A DNA stretch of 63,237 nt, the filler included, from Octopus bimaculoides (Eukaryota): assembly GCF_001194135.2 (NCBI RefSeq). It is 5 parts of 4 records of this genome, joined end to end, with 100 filler letters (N's around TTAATTAATTAA, not from the genome) between each part and the next. Parts side by side here need not be neighbours in the genome. Positions count along the whole stretch, not along the records: positions 1 to 28,373 come from NC_068982.1; 4 more parts are not named here. The stretch is one strand, 5' to 3'. This document shows, piece after piece, positions 12,665 through 26,220 of this stretch. The translations under genes and the position numbers were made by a program. The notes beneath the pieces are model-generated. The model was not told the DNA's origin, searched no databases, and saw only the letters and a program-made list of their open reading frames with translations. Numbering within the stretch: position 1 is the first letter of the stretch; each line of letters starts with the position of its first letter.

Positions 12665-13400
12665 CGACATATTCGCTTTCAGCCTCCAAAATGCCTTCCC
12701 CAGACAAAAGACTTTGAGAGTTTCAAAGCTGATTTAATGAACATCATCAAGAAGGCAAAATTTCGGGATCGTCCCACCCACTTCTTAAACGCTTTAAACA
12801 GCTACATAGTACAAATCAAAGAATCATTCTCGCCCACAATACAAAGAACATTTATGAAGCCCTCCCACGCATACATGACATCTTATGAATCCAATCATCA
12901 AAACATATAAGAAAAACCCACATCTCTTCATACAACGATGTAAACACTGAAGCAAAAGACCTAAAGGATCATGTGGAATACCTCGTCCCCTACCTATATC
13001 ACGCTTCAAGACCATAAGCCCAACATCTTTTCTAATCTTAAATGTAGGCAAATTGACGTTTACAAGAGCAAAATAGGCATTGTTAATATGTGTATTCCTG
13101 ACGCCATCAAATCACGGCTACGGGAATTGATCCAATAGTATTACAGCACCATAGTAATCAATTGGTCACGCGGTATCAAAAATAAAGCAGCCTGTAAATT
13201 CATCCAATTCGACATCATGAATTTCAACTCTTCAATATCGAAATCCCTCATACAAAGGGCCTTTGAATTTGGTTAGCAATTCACCCAAATTAGCGATCTC
13301 AATATCAGGATTAACATGGGCGTTAGAAAGGCAACTTGGTCTACAATAATTCCTACGAAGCAGGTGATCCACTGTTCACCGTGTCTATGACAAGCTATTA
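12665..13400 (+). mobile_element. Decayed Penelope-like element RT fragment, probably Naiad-type
   Basis: FQPPKCLPQTKDFESFKADLMNIIKKAKFR; TYITLQDHKPNIFSNLKCRQIDVYKSKIG; VINWSRGIKNKAACKFIQFDIMNFNSSISK; GDPLFTVSMTSY (compare LFDVTMGSY). Stops and frameshifts present. Confidence 0.7.
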
Positions 13401-13597
13401 GCCCAATAGGGATGGGGCATTCTGAGCCGATCATGGTGTCTTAAACATTTTTGTCTGAAGCAAAGGATTTTTTCTCCATGGCTAACTGTAGTGTGAAAGT
13501 CTTTTATGGATTCAAGTATCTCCAAAATATATTTCAAATGGTATTAATTTTAATTGCTTTCGGTCACCACTTGGAACTTCTTAGCACACACACACAT

Positions 13598-13640
<43 letters not shown>

Positions 13641-13824
13641 TATATGCACCCACAACTGAATGGACAAACGAAAGAAAGTGAAACTCGACACATTTGGCAG
13701 GAATTATTTAATAACAGTTTGACTCACTTCCATATGACTCGTCAACAGGCTCGTCAAGTATCCAGAGAAGGGTTTATATATACACACACATATGATACCT
13801 ATATATATATATATATATATATAT

Positions 13825-14180
13825 AGGTATCAAGTTAGAGGGGTTTAATACCTCTAAGGGATAATTAAATCCAGAGTCGCTCCTGGTTATTAGCTGAGTA
13901 GGTACAGTCTTATATAAGGTTGTACGGTAGCAGGTGGTTCGGTTGGTAAATCGGAGTTTAGGCTATATAGAAGAAGAAAATGGATATAATAAGAATGGGA
14001 AACACGTGGAAAAAAATGTGCTTAATTAAACTAGGAAACCCGCACCTAAATAATACTCACCCTGCCGTAAATACCCAACGAAACTAACCAATCTACCACA
14101 AGCAAACCTCTACTTAGGGAATTTACCGGCGCAAAAGCAAAACTTTAATGTGAGAATTACCACTTTATTTACATTACCGT
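13825..14180. repeat. Unclassified interspersed-repeat-like segment abutting (TA)n, possibly a PLE terminus
   Basis: Complex sequence next to (TA)n with a minus-strand GTGAGT donor-like site near 14050; the classification is from recollection only. Confidence 0.3.
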
Positions 14181-14445
14181 CACATATGTATCAATTATTT
14201 TCGCATCCTAACCGATGCATCTATCGATATTCGCATTCTAAAGAGATTTACTTAAACCAGTAAATTGAAACGATCGTAAATGCTACCCTCATCACTGCTT
14301 CTTCCTTCTTTGTTATCTATTTTATTAAAGACATACCAGCGAAAATCACGAGTTTCCCATTGTAATTATATCCATTTTCTTCTCATATATATATATATAT
14401 AATATAAATAGTATACACACACGCATATATATATAATATATATGT

Positions 14446-14790
14446 GGTCTTCATGGGCATATTCCTCGCAGGAAGCCTCTCCTCACCACGAGGCATAAAC
14501 ACACTTGAAAGGTGACGACTAAATTTTTATCAGACAAAAAGGTAAAGGTGTTGCTTCGGCTTACCATGTTACATGATTGAAATTCAATAGAACGTCTGTG
14601 GGGTGTTTTGAAAAAGAAGATTGAAAAGAAAAAAAAACCCACGATGGAACACAGTTGAAAGACATTCATTTAGGGTGAATGAAGGTCGATTTCATTGGTT
14701 ATATGCAGAAATTTAGTCGATTCTATGCCCAGAAGACTTAATGCAGCCATTGAAAACAAGGGTGGTCACATTAAATATTGAATATAGCAA
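14446..14790 (+). mobile_element. Internally deleted Tc1-type transposase relic
   Basis: GLHGHIPRRKPLLTTRHK; NSIERLWGVLKKKIE; CRNLVDSMPRRLNAAIENKGGHIKY*. Confidence 0.8.
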
Positions 14791-15871
14791 ATAATCCTTC
14801 AGGGTATACATATTTCTGTATCGTTTGAAAATTAAGATTTCGTTCATATCTTTCAAAATGTTTATTACTTTGTGTTCCAAATTTGTATAATGTTTGCATG
14901 TCTAATATATTTTATACAATATAAATTTCGTTTGATTTCCTTTGATATTATCAGACTAATGATAATTTTACTGCAATTTTTTAGTGTCTAAACTAAATAT
15001 AAGATTTGCATATTATGACTCTCAGAACCTTTCCATTTTTCAATATGACCCTCGCATCACATATCTGCCAGTGTCTAGAATCTGTTATCAGTATCTATGC
15101 CTTATACTCGTCTGACCTACTCCATCACTCTCTAATTGTTTTTATTGGTTTCAAAACCAACTCAAGTGTCTTACATATGAGAATTCATTGCTCTTAATTT
15201 CCAAAACTGTTGTTACTGAAACAATGATAGCTACTCCTCTGGCAGCCGGCTCGTGTCTCTATTACGACAGCTTGAAAACCCACTTGAGATGTGTGGTTAT
15301 TTACGTATATGTGTGCTTATGTATCTGCGTTTTGCGGAAAACTGTCTGTGTCATGAATATATTTACATATATAGAAATACACACACAAAAAAAAAAAAAC
15401 AGACAAATATACACTCATGCGCGTTGTGAACGATGTGTGTGGTGGGGTATGAGCAAGTGTATAATTTTACTAAATAGACACATATACTATATACACATAT
15501 CAAAATAAACCGCTAATACAAATAAGGTAGATGACGTGAGGATCATTCTTTCGCTATACATACAAACAGACTCATGATCTCTCTACACAGGTGTGTCTAA
15601 CGCTTTAACTGCCTTTCTTGTCGTTCGTCGTTCTTGCTCTCTCTCTCTCTCCTGCGTTCTCTATCTATCTCTATGTATGTATGTATGTATGTATGCATGA
15701 ATGTATATATGTATGCATGCATGTTTAAACGTATGTATGTGTATATATGTGCGTATGTAAGTATGCATGCATGTACGTATGCATGTACGTACGTATGTGT
15801 ATGTATGTATGCATACATGTACGTATGTTATCAGTTTCATTTCTGCATGTATGTATGTACGTACGTATGTA

Positions 15872-15904
<33 letters not shown>

Positions 15905-16041
15905 CTANNNNNNNNNNTATCTATCTATCTATCTATCTGTCTATCTTCTAACTATCTCTCTCTCTCTATCTATCTGTCTGTCTGTCTGTCTAACTATCTA
16001 TTTATCTATCAGTCTACCTACCTATCTATCCATCTATCTAT

Positions 16042-16107
<66 letters not shown>

Positions 16108-16297
16108 GTCTGCCTGCCGTTTGGCCTCTCTCTCTCTCTCTCGATCTTTCCCTTTCTTATGTATGCCCGTGTGTGTATGTATGTGTGTATGTGTGTACGC
16201 GCGTGCGTGTGATCATAGAAATATGATAAATATATCTTATATCCATATACATAAATCACAGATATACTTTCAAATGGTCAAAACACAGATGCGTATA

Positions 16298-16361
<64 letters not shown>

Positions 16362-16944
16362 NNNNNNNNNNNNNNNNNNNNNNNNNNNNNNNNNNNNNNN
16401 NNNNNNNNNNNNNNNNNNNNNNNNNNNNNNNNNNNNNNNNNNNNNNNNNNNNNNNNNNNNNNNNNNNNNNNNNNNNNNNNNNNNNNNNNNNNNNNNNNNN
16501 NNNNNNNNNNNNNNNNNNNNNNNNNNNNNNNNNNNNNNNNNNNNNNNNNNNNNNNNNNNNNNNNNNNNNNNNNNNNNNNNNNNNNNNNNNNNNNNNNNNN
16601 NNNNNNNNNNNNNNNNNNNNNNNNNNNNNNNNNNNNNNNNNNNNNNNNNNNNNNNNNNNNNNNNNNNNNNNNNNNNNNNNNNNNNNNNNNNNNNNNNNNN
16701 NNNNNNNNNNNNNNNNNNNNNNNNNNNNNNNNNNNNNNNNNNNNNNNNNNNNNNNNNNNNNNNNNNNNNNNNNNNNNNNNNNNNNNNNNNNNNNNNNNNN
16801 NNNNNNNNNNNNNNNNNNNNNNNNNNNNNNNNNAAAAAAAAAAAAAAAGAAAAGAAAAACTCCACACAGAACAACAAAATAATAATAATAATAATAAAAA
16901 AAAAAAAAAAATAATAATAATAACAATAATAATAAAAATAAAAA

Positions 16945-16975
<31 letters not shown>

Positions 16976-17790
16976 AATGATGATGATAATAATAATACAT
17001 AAATAAATAAAAGCCAAAACAAAAGTAAAACAAAGCCATAATCAACGTGAAATATAAGGAAAAAAAATATTAAACGAATGCCACAAATCTTCAAGATTGG
17101 GCAGCAGCAACAATGTGTATTATGCCAAGAGTTTCGGTAAATAATCTGAGAATGTTTATGTTGAACAAAGCCAAAAGGTTAAATATATACGAGACAATTT
17201 TACTTTTGAAATTTGTTGGAATTTTTTTTTGGTAAGGTATTTTATATTGCGTGTTTGTTGTTTCTCTTGTTGTTGTTGATAGCCGTTATTTTTGTTGGTG
17301 GTGGTGTTGTATTTTGAAGGTAGAGGTAACGCTTGTATATGGGGAGGTCAGTGGGATATCATATTTGTTTATTTGAATGAAGGAGACGTGGGAGAGTGGT
17401 GTGAGGAGAAATATGATGTGATGTTCTACAGTGTGGTGGTGGTGGTGGTGGTGGTTTGTGTGTGTGTGTATGTGTGTGTATGTGTGTGTGTGGTGTCAAT
17501 GGTATCTGAATTATACAGGTTGTTATTTTTTCTCTTTTCCTTTTTAATTTTTGGGAGACTCGTTTGGAGAACTAACATAGTTTTGACAAGCATTCTGAGA
17601 CGTCATGGAGACATACACACATTTTCATACATACATATTTCTATGTATGTATTATGTATGTGCGTATGTATGTATGCATGCATGTATGTATCTATGTATG
17701 TATGTGTGTGTGCGCGCGTGCGTGAACGCATATATATATGTATGTACATATATATATGTAAATATATACAGTTATGTATATACACACTAC

Positions 17791-17864
<74 letters not shown>

Positions 17865-18647
17865 CATAACACAGAATGACCAGAGAAAAAATATTTAGAG
17901 GATCATACTGTACCCTATCATAAAACACAAATTCGATAGTGAAAGTTTCAAGTAATTGTAACTACAAAATTAATAGTAAAAATTTCCTTGAACTTGTGTT
18001 CAAAATATACAATATAATAAGATCAGCTGGATAACTCCAATACTTTCAATTAAGTGTAAATTAAAAAAAATATATAGAAAATATAATATGAGAGTGGAAA
18101 TCATGACATATTTATATCATGGATAGATGGGTAAACTGGCAAACAGAATAAATAGATTGATAAATTCATAGTTAAGTTAGTGTTGATGCATTTAATTTAG
18201 GAATCATAAAAAATGCAATTGACAAAATTATATTTATCATTGGCTAATGTTATCTTGTTTCTTTGGCAAGTACGGGAGAAAACATCAGACTTCTTGCAGT
18301 GTTATTAAACCTCATCAGGGAAGCATATACTTCTCTGTACTTACTAAATGATACTTTCCAGACCCAACTAGAATGTCTGAAGATGTACACAAACTCGGGT
18401 CTTTACATGCTGAACCTATAATAGGTAAAATAGTTAAAGGGTAATTTGAAAAGAAACAGAAAAAAAACAAAGCAAAAAAAACAAAACAAAAAAAAAAACA
18501 AAATAAAAAGAAAATAAGAAGTCTAATAGAAAGGGATAGAAATGGTAATGCGGGAAACGGAAACGGAGAACAGAGCCTTTAAGAAAGATTGAATCTGGAT
18601 AAGGTATAAAATCTTGTGATATTATGTACTGTAGACCATTTCGATAC

Positions 18648-18814
18648 CTGACGAGTGGTACACCATGTAAATATATAGACAACGTCAATTTGATGGAGAG
18701 AGTGATCTAACGTGCTGCATGAACAAGTCACTATAAACAAATCATTTATGCAGGTCGTCCGGCGTAAGCTGAACGCTCGTACGTCGTCTTCGATGGAGGA
18801 GTCTCTCATGTATT
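18648..18814 (-). other. Candidate orphan exon of unknown protein
   Basis: Acceptor ttattgtttattttAG at 18815-16, CpG-rich complex body, donor cag|GTatcg at 18647. Two possible frames: IHERLLHRRRRTSVQLTPDDLHK* (terminal) or EYMRDSSIEDDVRAFSLRRTT..TRQ (open to the donor). Confidence 0.35.
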
Positions 18815-18859
18815 CTAAAATAAACAATAAGTTAACAGTAGACTATACCGTAGTATGCC

Positions 18860-18905
<46 letters not shown>

Positions 18906-18906
18906 A

Positions 18907-18950
<44 letters not shown>

Positions 18951-19606
18951 GATGTTTGGATCAATTCCAATACATTAATGGACATACTCCAGACGAATTA
19001 AAACAAAGGCATCATGAGCACCTTCAAATCTTGAAGTTACTAATTAGACCTTATTTAAGTTTCTCAGTAGAAGCCCTTAAACGAATTTTATGGAAAAACT
19101 CATGCACATTAACATATGTTCCTGTCACTGCCCAAAGCTCATAAACACCTTATTAGTAACATTAATGTAGGCATTTTGAAAAGTATTTATTGTAGTACCA
19201 GAATTAATTGCTGCCACCATAGTATTAATTACTACCACCATAGTAAACTACCATACTTAATTACTAGCTCTATAGTAAAAAGCATCCTACTTTTTAACGT
19301 AGCTGAGCAGGTTTTCTCTCTTATCCTGATGGCCCGAAGCCTTCTATAGATTTAGATTTATAAATTAAACTATGTATGCGTGCTAAACTTATATTTAATA
19401 AAAACAAATGTGTGTATTCATACGCGTTCCTACACAAATGTAATCTGTTTAAGGATGTAATGAATTCACCTCAACTCCATTGGTTCACTGTATCTTTCCC
19501 AATCTGAATTTACACTTTTTAGCTCATAGTATTCCCCCTTTTGTTCTTAGCTTCAATTTTATTTAAAGTTTCTCACCTTTCTTTCTCTCTATCCACTTTT
19601 CTTCAT

Positions 19607-19778
19607 GTTGTGTCGACGCCTCCAAGCGAAGAAGTAGGCTCGACCAAGACATATAAATAGAGGTAGTCTGACCGTGGTAGGGGTCGACTGATGGTGGACT
19701 GACAGTTGAGTAGCAGACGAATAGCGGTTGAGTAGAGATCATCCGAAGGTGCTAGATAGCAGTAGCTTGAGACATAAC
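19607..19778 (-). repeat. Unclassified interspersed repeat, inverted copy of 47120-47280
   Basis: Reverse-complement match: gttatgtctcaagctac..ccttcggatgatctct..gtcttggtcgagcctacttcttcgcttgg. Confidence 0.85.
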
Positions 19779-20139
19779 ACTTCACCACTTTTCTCTTTTA
19801 TTTTCACCTTCTTCATTTTCCATCTCATGTCATTCAAGCTTATATAACCCTATTCTTTTAAAATTTGAAACTTAAAAGGAAACAATGTATTTCCACACGC
19901 ACATGCACACACACACATGCACAAGTTTGTTCGAAACTTTCAATTTTTTCTATTGTTACTCCGAATATCTTGCTTGTGTATCTGTTCATTTAGCCAACCA
20001 AGACACAGCTCTTAGTCGTCCTAACAGACCCGCACAAACGAGAAGCTTTCAATTTCGGATGAATAAATTAACCATATTGCAATTATTGCATTTTTTTCTG
20101 TGCGAATGCTCATACGTTGTGGAGTGTGATCTAGGGGTT

Positions 20140-20285
20140 AAAGTGTTAACTTATTAAAGCTCGCGACCGTAAGGTTGCAGGTGCGATTTCTGGATTGGGC
20201 GGGGCATCGTGACCTTGAGCAAGGTACATCGTTTCATGTTGCTCCAGTGTACCAGTATTTGTCGACTGCTGGTGAAGTTATCGCT
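20140..20285 (+). mobile_element. SINE family C-like, 5' part
   Basis: tRNA-like head plus ccttgagcaagg..tttcatgttgctccagt central domain. Confidence 0.55.
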
Positions 20286-20657
20286 GTCTTCAGCTTTCGC
20301 ATCTTCGAAGTTTCACTGGATCACGAAGTTTCATTGGATTTGATCGCTCACGATTGCATAAAACAATTTGCGAAAGCCTGGTACAAAGTACCTGATCATA
20401 CCTGTTTGCTAGTGATGACTAAGCGTTTTCTCATACTCGTACGTATAAATGTACCAGTGTGTGTGTGTTTGTGTGTGTCCGTGCGTGTGTGTGTTTGTTT
20501 GTTTGTTTGTGTGTGTGTGTATGCATGTGAGATTGTGTGTCATTGTGTGTGTTAACAGACACAGAGAAATAAATAATTAAAAACAAACAAGATTTTAACG
20601 GAGGAAAAGAGTAAATAACGATAGGTTGTGAGTGGAAAGAGAGCCAATGGAGAGTGA

Positions 20658-20735
20658 GAAGAAGAAGAAGAAGAAGAAGAAGAAGAAGAAGAAGAAGAAG
20701 AAGAAGAAGAAGAAGAAGAAGAAGAAGAAGAAGAA
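20658..20735. repeat. Pure (GAA)n microsatellite, about 26 units
   Basis: Directly visible. Confidence 0.95.
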
Positions 20736-21596
20736 AGAAAAATGAGTGGTGAGTATAAAATACAGAGTGGGGAGAAAGAGTAAGAGAATTGGAGGACAGA
20801 AAAAAGAAAACAGTTGAAAGTAAGTTGTGATGTTGAATAATAGAGAGTATAACCAAAAGAATGAATGAAGTCCAGGGGACAGAGAGGGGTGGGTAGAAAG
20901 ATTGAAATAGAGAGAAAAAAGAGACAACGAGGTAAGATAAGAAAAGAGAAAAATAGAGAGAAGGAAGGAAAGAGAGAGAGAGAGAGAGAGAGAGAGGGAA
21001 AGAGAGAAAAAGGAATGAGAAAGATAAAGAGAGAAAGAATGAAAGAAAGAGAGGCATAAAGAGAGAAAGAGAAATGGAGAACAAGAAGAGGAAATAAAGA
21101 TAAGTATGAAATAAAGCAGCTAGACGTTTAGCGAAGTGATTGAAGAAATATTTTGATAAGAAAGAGAAAAAACAACAATGAATATGTGTAATAAAGAATA
21201 TGTAAAAGGCGAGATGAGAGAGAGAGGGAGAAAGAGAGGGGGAGAGAAAGAGAGAGAGAAAAAGAGAGAGAGAAAAAGAGAGAGAGAGTTAAAGATATAT
21301 AGATAGAGAGATATATAAGACAAGAATGAACGAAAAAGTGAGGTAGACGAAGGTAGTCTCAACATTGTAATGTTTTGACGTGAATACAAATAAATAAAGT
21401 CGCTTGTGGTAAGTAGGTTGATCTGAATGCAATCTGCCAAAAACGCTGAAACAATCGGTGGTCTCTTTTATTCAGTAGGCTTCTCTTGCTCAATAACACC
21501 ATGGTTTCAAGATATTGGACATAGTGGACACCTGATGGGAAGTTAGGGACCCAAAGGAAATTCTAGATCGTAACTTTAGCGACCCTCAGTGAAATA

Positions 21597-21650
<54 letters not shown>

Positions 21651-21929
21651 CTTAGGGTTACACACTTATGGCTGTTAAACAAGAATACGAGCTAACGACG
21701 GTTTGCTGCTAGAAACAGCAGTAAACTGAAAGCTAGAATTCAGCTGACCATTGTTCTTTGAAATGAGGATGAACTGAAGTTTAACAGCAGCAACAACAGA
21801 TCATCTACATATGAGCCAGTTATTTTATATGTGATCGCTCGACCTGCAAGACATAACAACTAATTCTCACTCAAATCACTACATACCATATTTTAAAGAG
21901 TAATCCGGTGCAAATGCGCATTAACTCTT

Positions 21930-22515
21930 TTATCTTTTACTTGGTTCAGTCATTAAATTGCGGCTGGGTCATCGCCTCGAAGAATTTTAGTTGAATGAAT
22001 CGACCCCAGGACTTATTTTACCGAACCGCTACGTCACGGGGACGGTTGTCAAGCGGCGGTGGGGTACACACATAAATACAAGGACACACCCAAATACCCA
22101 CCCACACACACACCCATACATACAGATACCCCCCACAAACACACATATGCAACACGCTTCTTTTAGTTTCTTATTTCTTTACTGCCCGCAAGGGGCTAAA
22201 CATAGAGGAGACAAACAAGTACAGACAAAGTGATTAAGTCGATTACACCGCCTCCAGTGCGTAACTGGTACCTTATTTATCGACTCCGAAAGGATGAAAG
22301 GCAAAGTCAACCTCGGTGTAACTTGAACTCAGAATGCAACGGCAGACAAAATACCGCAAAGCATTTCGCCCGGCGTACTAACGTTTCTGCCAGCTAGCCG
22401 CCTTATGGTTTCTGTCTACCAAATCCACTCACAAGACTTTGCTCGGCCCAAGGCTATAGTAGAAGTACCCGAAACCATGTGGCTGGTAAACAAACTTTTT
22501 AGCACACAGCCAGGC
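21930..22515 (-). mobile_element. SINE family B interrupted by a nested SINE A
   Basis: B sequence cttct..agtttc|..|gtttctgtctaccaaatccactcacaag is split by the A copy. Confidence 0.75.
22172..22405 (-). mobile_element. SINE family A nested in SINE B
   Basis: Complete A copy flanked by tagtttct / tggtttct, a TSD-like duplication. Confidence 0.75.
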
Positions 22516-22864
22516 CTGGGGGAAAAGAAGACAGAAACTGACTAAAGAGAGCCAAGCCTCAACTGAAACTATCTGATTTTGATGATAGGTTTACTAATCA
22601 GTAAGGGTTGATCTAGAACAAAACCACAATAGCAACAAAAATACGGTGTAAAGCAGAAAGAAAGCGGTATCTTGGCATGGTTGCAGTTCAATGCCTGGAG
22701 CAATTAGAAGAGTAACAGAGAGCGTTTAGGCACATGTATCTATCTACTCTCTATCTCTCTCACACACAGACACACACACATCTGTGTTTATATATATATA
22801 CATACATATGAACATAATCCCTGCTGTAAAGCTTTATTTCCATACACGCCAGCTTAATTTAATT

Positions 22865-23084
22865 CATCCTTAGTCGAAAGAGACCTGTTGTTATGTCCTG
22901 TTATTATTTTTATTGTATTTGTGTAACATTGTTCGTTTTTTTCCGTCCTTGTTTTTGCATACATTCACTGCTTTCTTCCAAGGAATCTAATGCTCTTAGC
23001 TTAGTTTTTCCTTGGGGCTGGCCAGATTGGAGCAATATCGAGAATAACCAGCCGAAATTGCAAAGATAATGTGGAACTCGACTG
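22865..23084 (+). repeat. Possible Penelope-like terminal repeat running into an N gap
   Basis: T-rich complex repeat; the assignment is from recollection of cephalopod repeats and is unverified. Confidence 0.3.
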
Positions 23085-23312
23085 NNNNNNNNNNNNNNNN
23101 NNNNNNNNNNNNNNNNNNNNNNNNNNNNNNNNNNNNNNNNNNNNNNNNNNNNNNNNNNNNNNNNNNNNNNNNNNNNNNNNNNNNNNNNNNNNNNNNNNNN
23201 NNNNNNNNNNNNNNNNNNNNNNNNNNNNNNNNNNNNNNNNNNNNNNNNNNNNNNNNNNNNNNNNNNNNNNNNNNNNNNNNNNNNNNNNNNNNNNNNNNNN
23301 NNNNNNNNNNNN

Positions 23313-23357
<45 letters not shown>

Positions 23358-23778
23358 AATAAACATGTCTAGAGCTTGTCTCTCTTGTCAGTCATTAGAT
23401 ACGTCCTTGCCCGTGGCTAAGAGTTGTTTTGACTCTTATTTCTAGCAATACTGGTGCTGACTTGCACCCTTAGTCACTTTAGTGACGATAGTACCTGTGC
23501 CTTTTGCTATATATATTGTCATTTATCGTCTGTTGTAGAGTATCTGTGTATCTGCCTCAGAAATATTCTTCAATGAAGTGTAAATCAGGTCAAGGTATTT
23601 CTTCTGCATGAAAGACGAGCAGTTGCCCATGCATTCAAGTTTTCCCAGTTATTGCAACCGATGTTGTTTAAAAGAAAGACAAGTTTGGTATCAATGTCAT
23701 CTCAGGCATCGTTGACAGAAAGCAAAAACTTGAAATGATACCGCGAGGCATTTGCCGTTCCAACATGCCAAGCTGGTA

Positions 23779-24210
23779 AAGCGGTGAGTTGGCAGAAACG
23801 TTAGCACGCCTGGCGAAATGCTTAGCATATTTCGTCTGTCTTTACGTTCTGAGTTCAAATTCCGCCGAGGTCGACTTTACCTTTCATCCTTTTGGGGTCG
23901 ATAAATTAAGTACCAGTTACGCACTGGGTCGATCTAATCGACTTAATCCCTTTGTCTGTCCTTGTTTGTCCCCTCTATGTTTAACCTCTTGTGGACAATA
24001 AAGAAATAAGAAACGTTAGCACGCCGGGCGAAATATTTAACGGTATTTCGTCTGTCTTTACGTTCTAAGTTCCAATTCTGCCGAGGTCGACTTTGCCTTT
24101 CACTCTTTCGGGGTCGATAAATTAAGTACCAGATGCGTACTGGGTCGATCTAATCGACTGGCCCCCTCCCCCAAGATTTCAGGCCTTGTGTCTAGAGTAG
24201 AAAAGAATAT
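23779..24210 (+). mobile_element. Two head-to-tail SINE A copies
   Basis: agaaacgttagcacgcc at about 23795 and 24010; two complete cores with different tails. Confidence 0.85.
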
Positions 24211-24733
24211 ACTAAGCTGGTACTTATTTTACTTATGTCGAATGAATGTAAAGCGAAGCTGAGCGCTCGGTGGGATTTGAACTTCAAGCACAGACTGTTG
24301 AAACAACTACCGCACAGTTTTTTAACCCACGTTCTCCAACGACTCTGCCAATTAACTGTCTAATGGAAGAGATATGCATGCGTATATTATCAATGATATA
24401 TTCTCAGACTTTTTCTTCCCCTTCTCTTTCCGATCTCTTTCTCTCTCTCTTTCGTTCGCTCTCTCTCTTTGTCTCTTTCTGCCCGTTTATCTGTCAGTCT
24501 GTCTGTTTCTTTCACTTCCTCTCTCTCACACATGCTTATAATTAGAAGTCATGCATATAAAACTAATGTTTCGGTCAGCAGTCGTTTGTAGATTTTTGTA
24601 ATTATACGTGTGATAAAGAATAACTGAGGGACCGAGTTGATTTAACCCTTTCAACGCGGAAAACGGTTATATCCGCTCAAAATTTTATTAGCTTTAATTG
24701 AGGAAAACGGTTTGACCCCGTGAGTTTGCAAAA

Positions 24734-24772
<39 letters not shown>

Positions 24773-25321
24773 ATAGATAAACCCTCTTTTTATACTGCGA
24801 GAAGCAGTTACCCTCATTGACATTTTTTTTACAAGACAATTTTTCAGATTTTCTTAATTTATTCACATATTTCATCAAATATCTATTTACAGAGAAAGTA
24901 TCAAATACTTTTAGTAGTGGATATGAAACCTGTACCAACAAGGGATACTGGAAATGCATGGCAGAAACAGAAAATATCAATTGTATTTTTTGGTTTAATT
25001 AACATCATTACAGGAATGACCATGAAATCTAATTACGCAGTGAAAGTGTTAATACCTGCCGAAAAATCGGCCAAATTTGACACTTGTTTCATTTATAACC
25101 GTATAACAAAAAGCAAAATCATGGTCACCCTTGGTTGAAATCAAGTAACGTATTGAATTAGATTTTAAATTAAGATATCTAAGTTAGTGTTGACATATTT
25201 AATACATGGACAATTAAAGAGAAAACTAGAGATAAAATATATGTTGGAGAGTGTACATTTTAAGACCAGTAAGAAAGAAAAAGTATGAAGTTCGACATAG
25301 TCACAAGTTGTTCTATACTGT

Positions 25322-25640
25322 CATTCCGTTGGTAACGACGACGAGTGTTCCAGTTGATCTGATCAACTGAACAGCCTCCTCGTGAAATTAATGTGCAGGT
25401 GGTCGAGCACTCCACAGACACGCATATTCTTAACGTAGCTTTTAGGGAGATTCAGCGTGACACAGAGAATGACAAGGCTGACCCTTTGAATTACAGGTAC
25501 AACTCATTTTTACAAGATGAGTGGACTGGAGCAAAGTGAAATAAAGCGTCTTGCTCAAGGACACAACGGGCTGCTTGGAATTGAAATCATGACCATATTA
25601 TCGTTAGCCAAATACCCTAACCACTAAGCCAAGCACTTTC
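25322..25640 (-). mobile_element. tRNA-derived SINE family D
   Basis: Tail gagcactccacagacacg..cttaacgtag..gattcagcgtgacacag shared with 38253-38570 and 43610-43948. Confidence 0.8.
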
Positions 25641-26172
25641 TACAAGTTGCTCAATAAACGACAGAGTATCCCCAACAAAAACAACTAAAAACCCCAGTTG
25701 GACTCGTAAATTGCAGACCAAAACAGGGGAATATTTTTTGGCTGAAGATCTTGATTAACGGTTAATCAGGTAGATTTTCATTTTTTGGGTGGTGGTGATG
25801 TTAATGTTGTTATTGGGGGTGGTGAGTGTGTAACTTCAATGTATTTTAGTTATGACAAACTGAAAATTAATTCTTTATTCAACGTAGGTATAATATCTAA
25901 CTGAACACATGAAAATGATAGGAGAAAGCAATAAGATATATATCATGCTCTTCTTATATTTTCAATTTCATCCCACTTGTAAAATGAACGTGTTGCGGCT
26001 AATCATCTCTCAAACACGAGAATGCTTAATGTAACTCATAGGCCGAATCAACGCGACGCAATGTGACAAAACTAATGAGCTTTTGATTTGGAGATAGATA
26101 GATAAATAGATAGATAGATAGATAGATATATAGATAGAGAGAGAGAGAGGGAGAGAGAGAGAGAGAAAGAGA

Positions 26173-26220
<48 letters not shown>

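Noticed and set aside
20349-20394. HDCIKQFAKAWY resembling TRPC QCKQFAKDLL
   Set aside because: Wrong strand for the TRPC gene, no splice sites and no flanking similarity
23523-23603. Minus-strand phase-0 acceptor followed by KKYLDLIYTSLKNISEADTQILYNRR-stop as the next TRPC exon
   Set aside because: Only the first few residues resemble xEYxxL; the conserved QC..FA..L is absent and the frame stops after 26 codons
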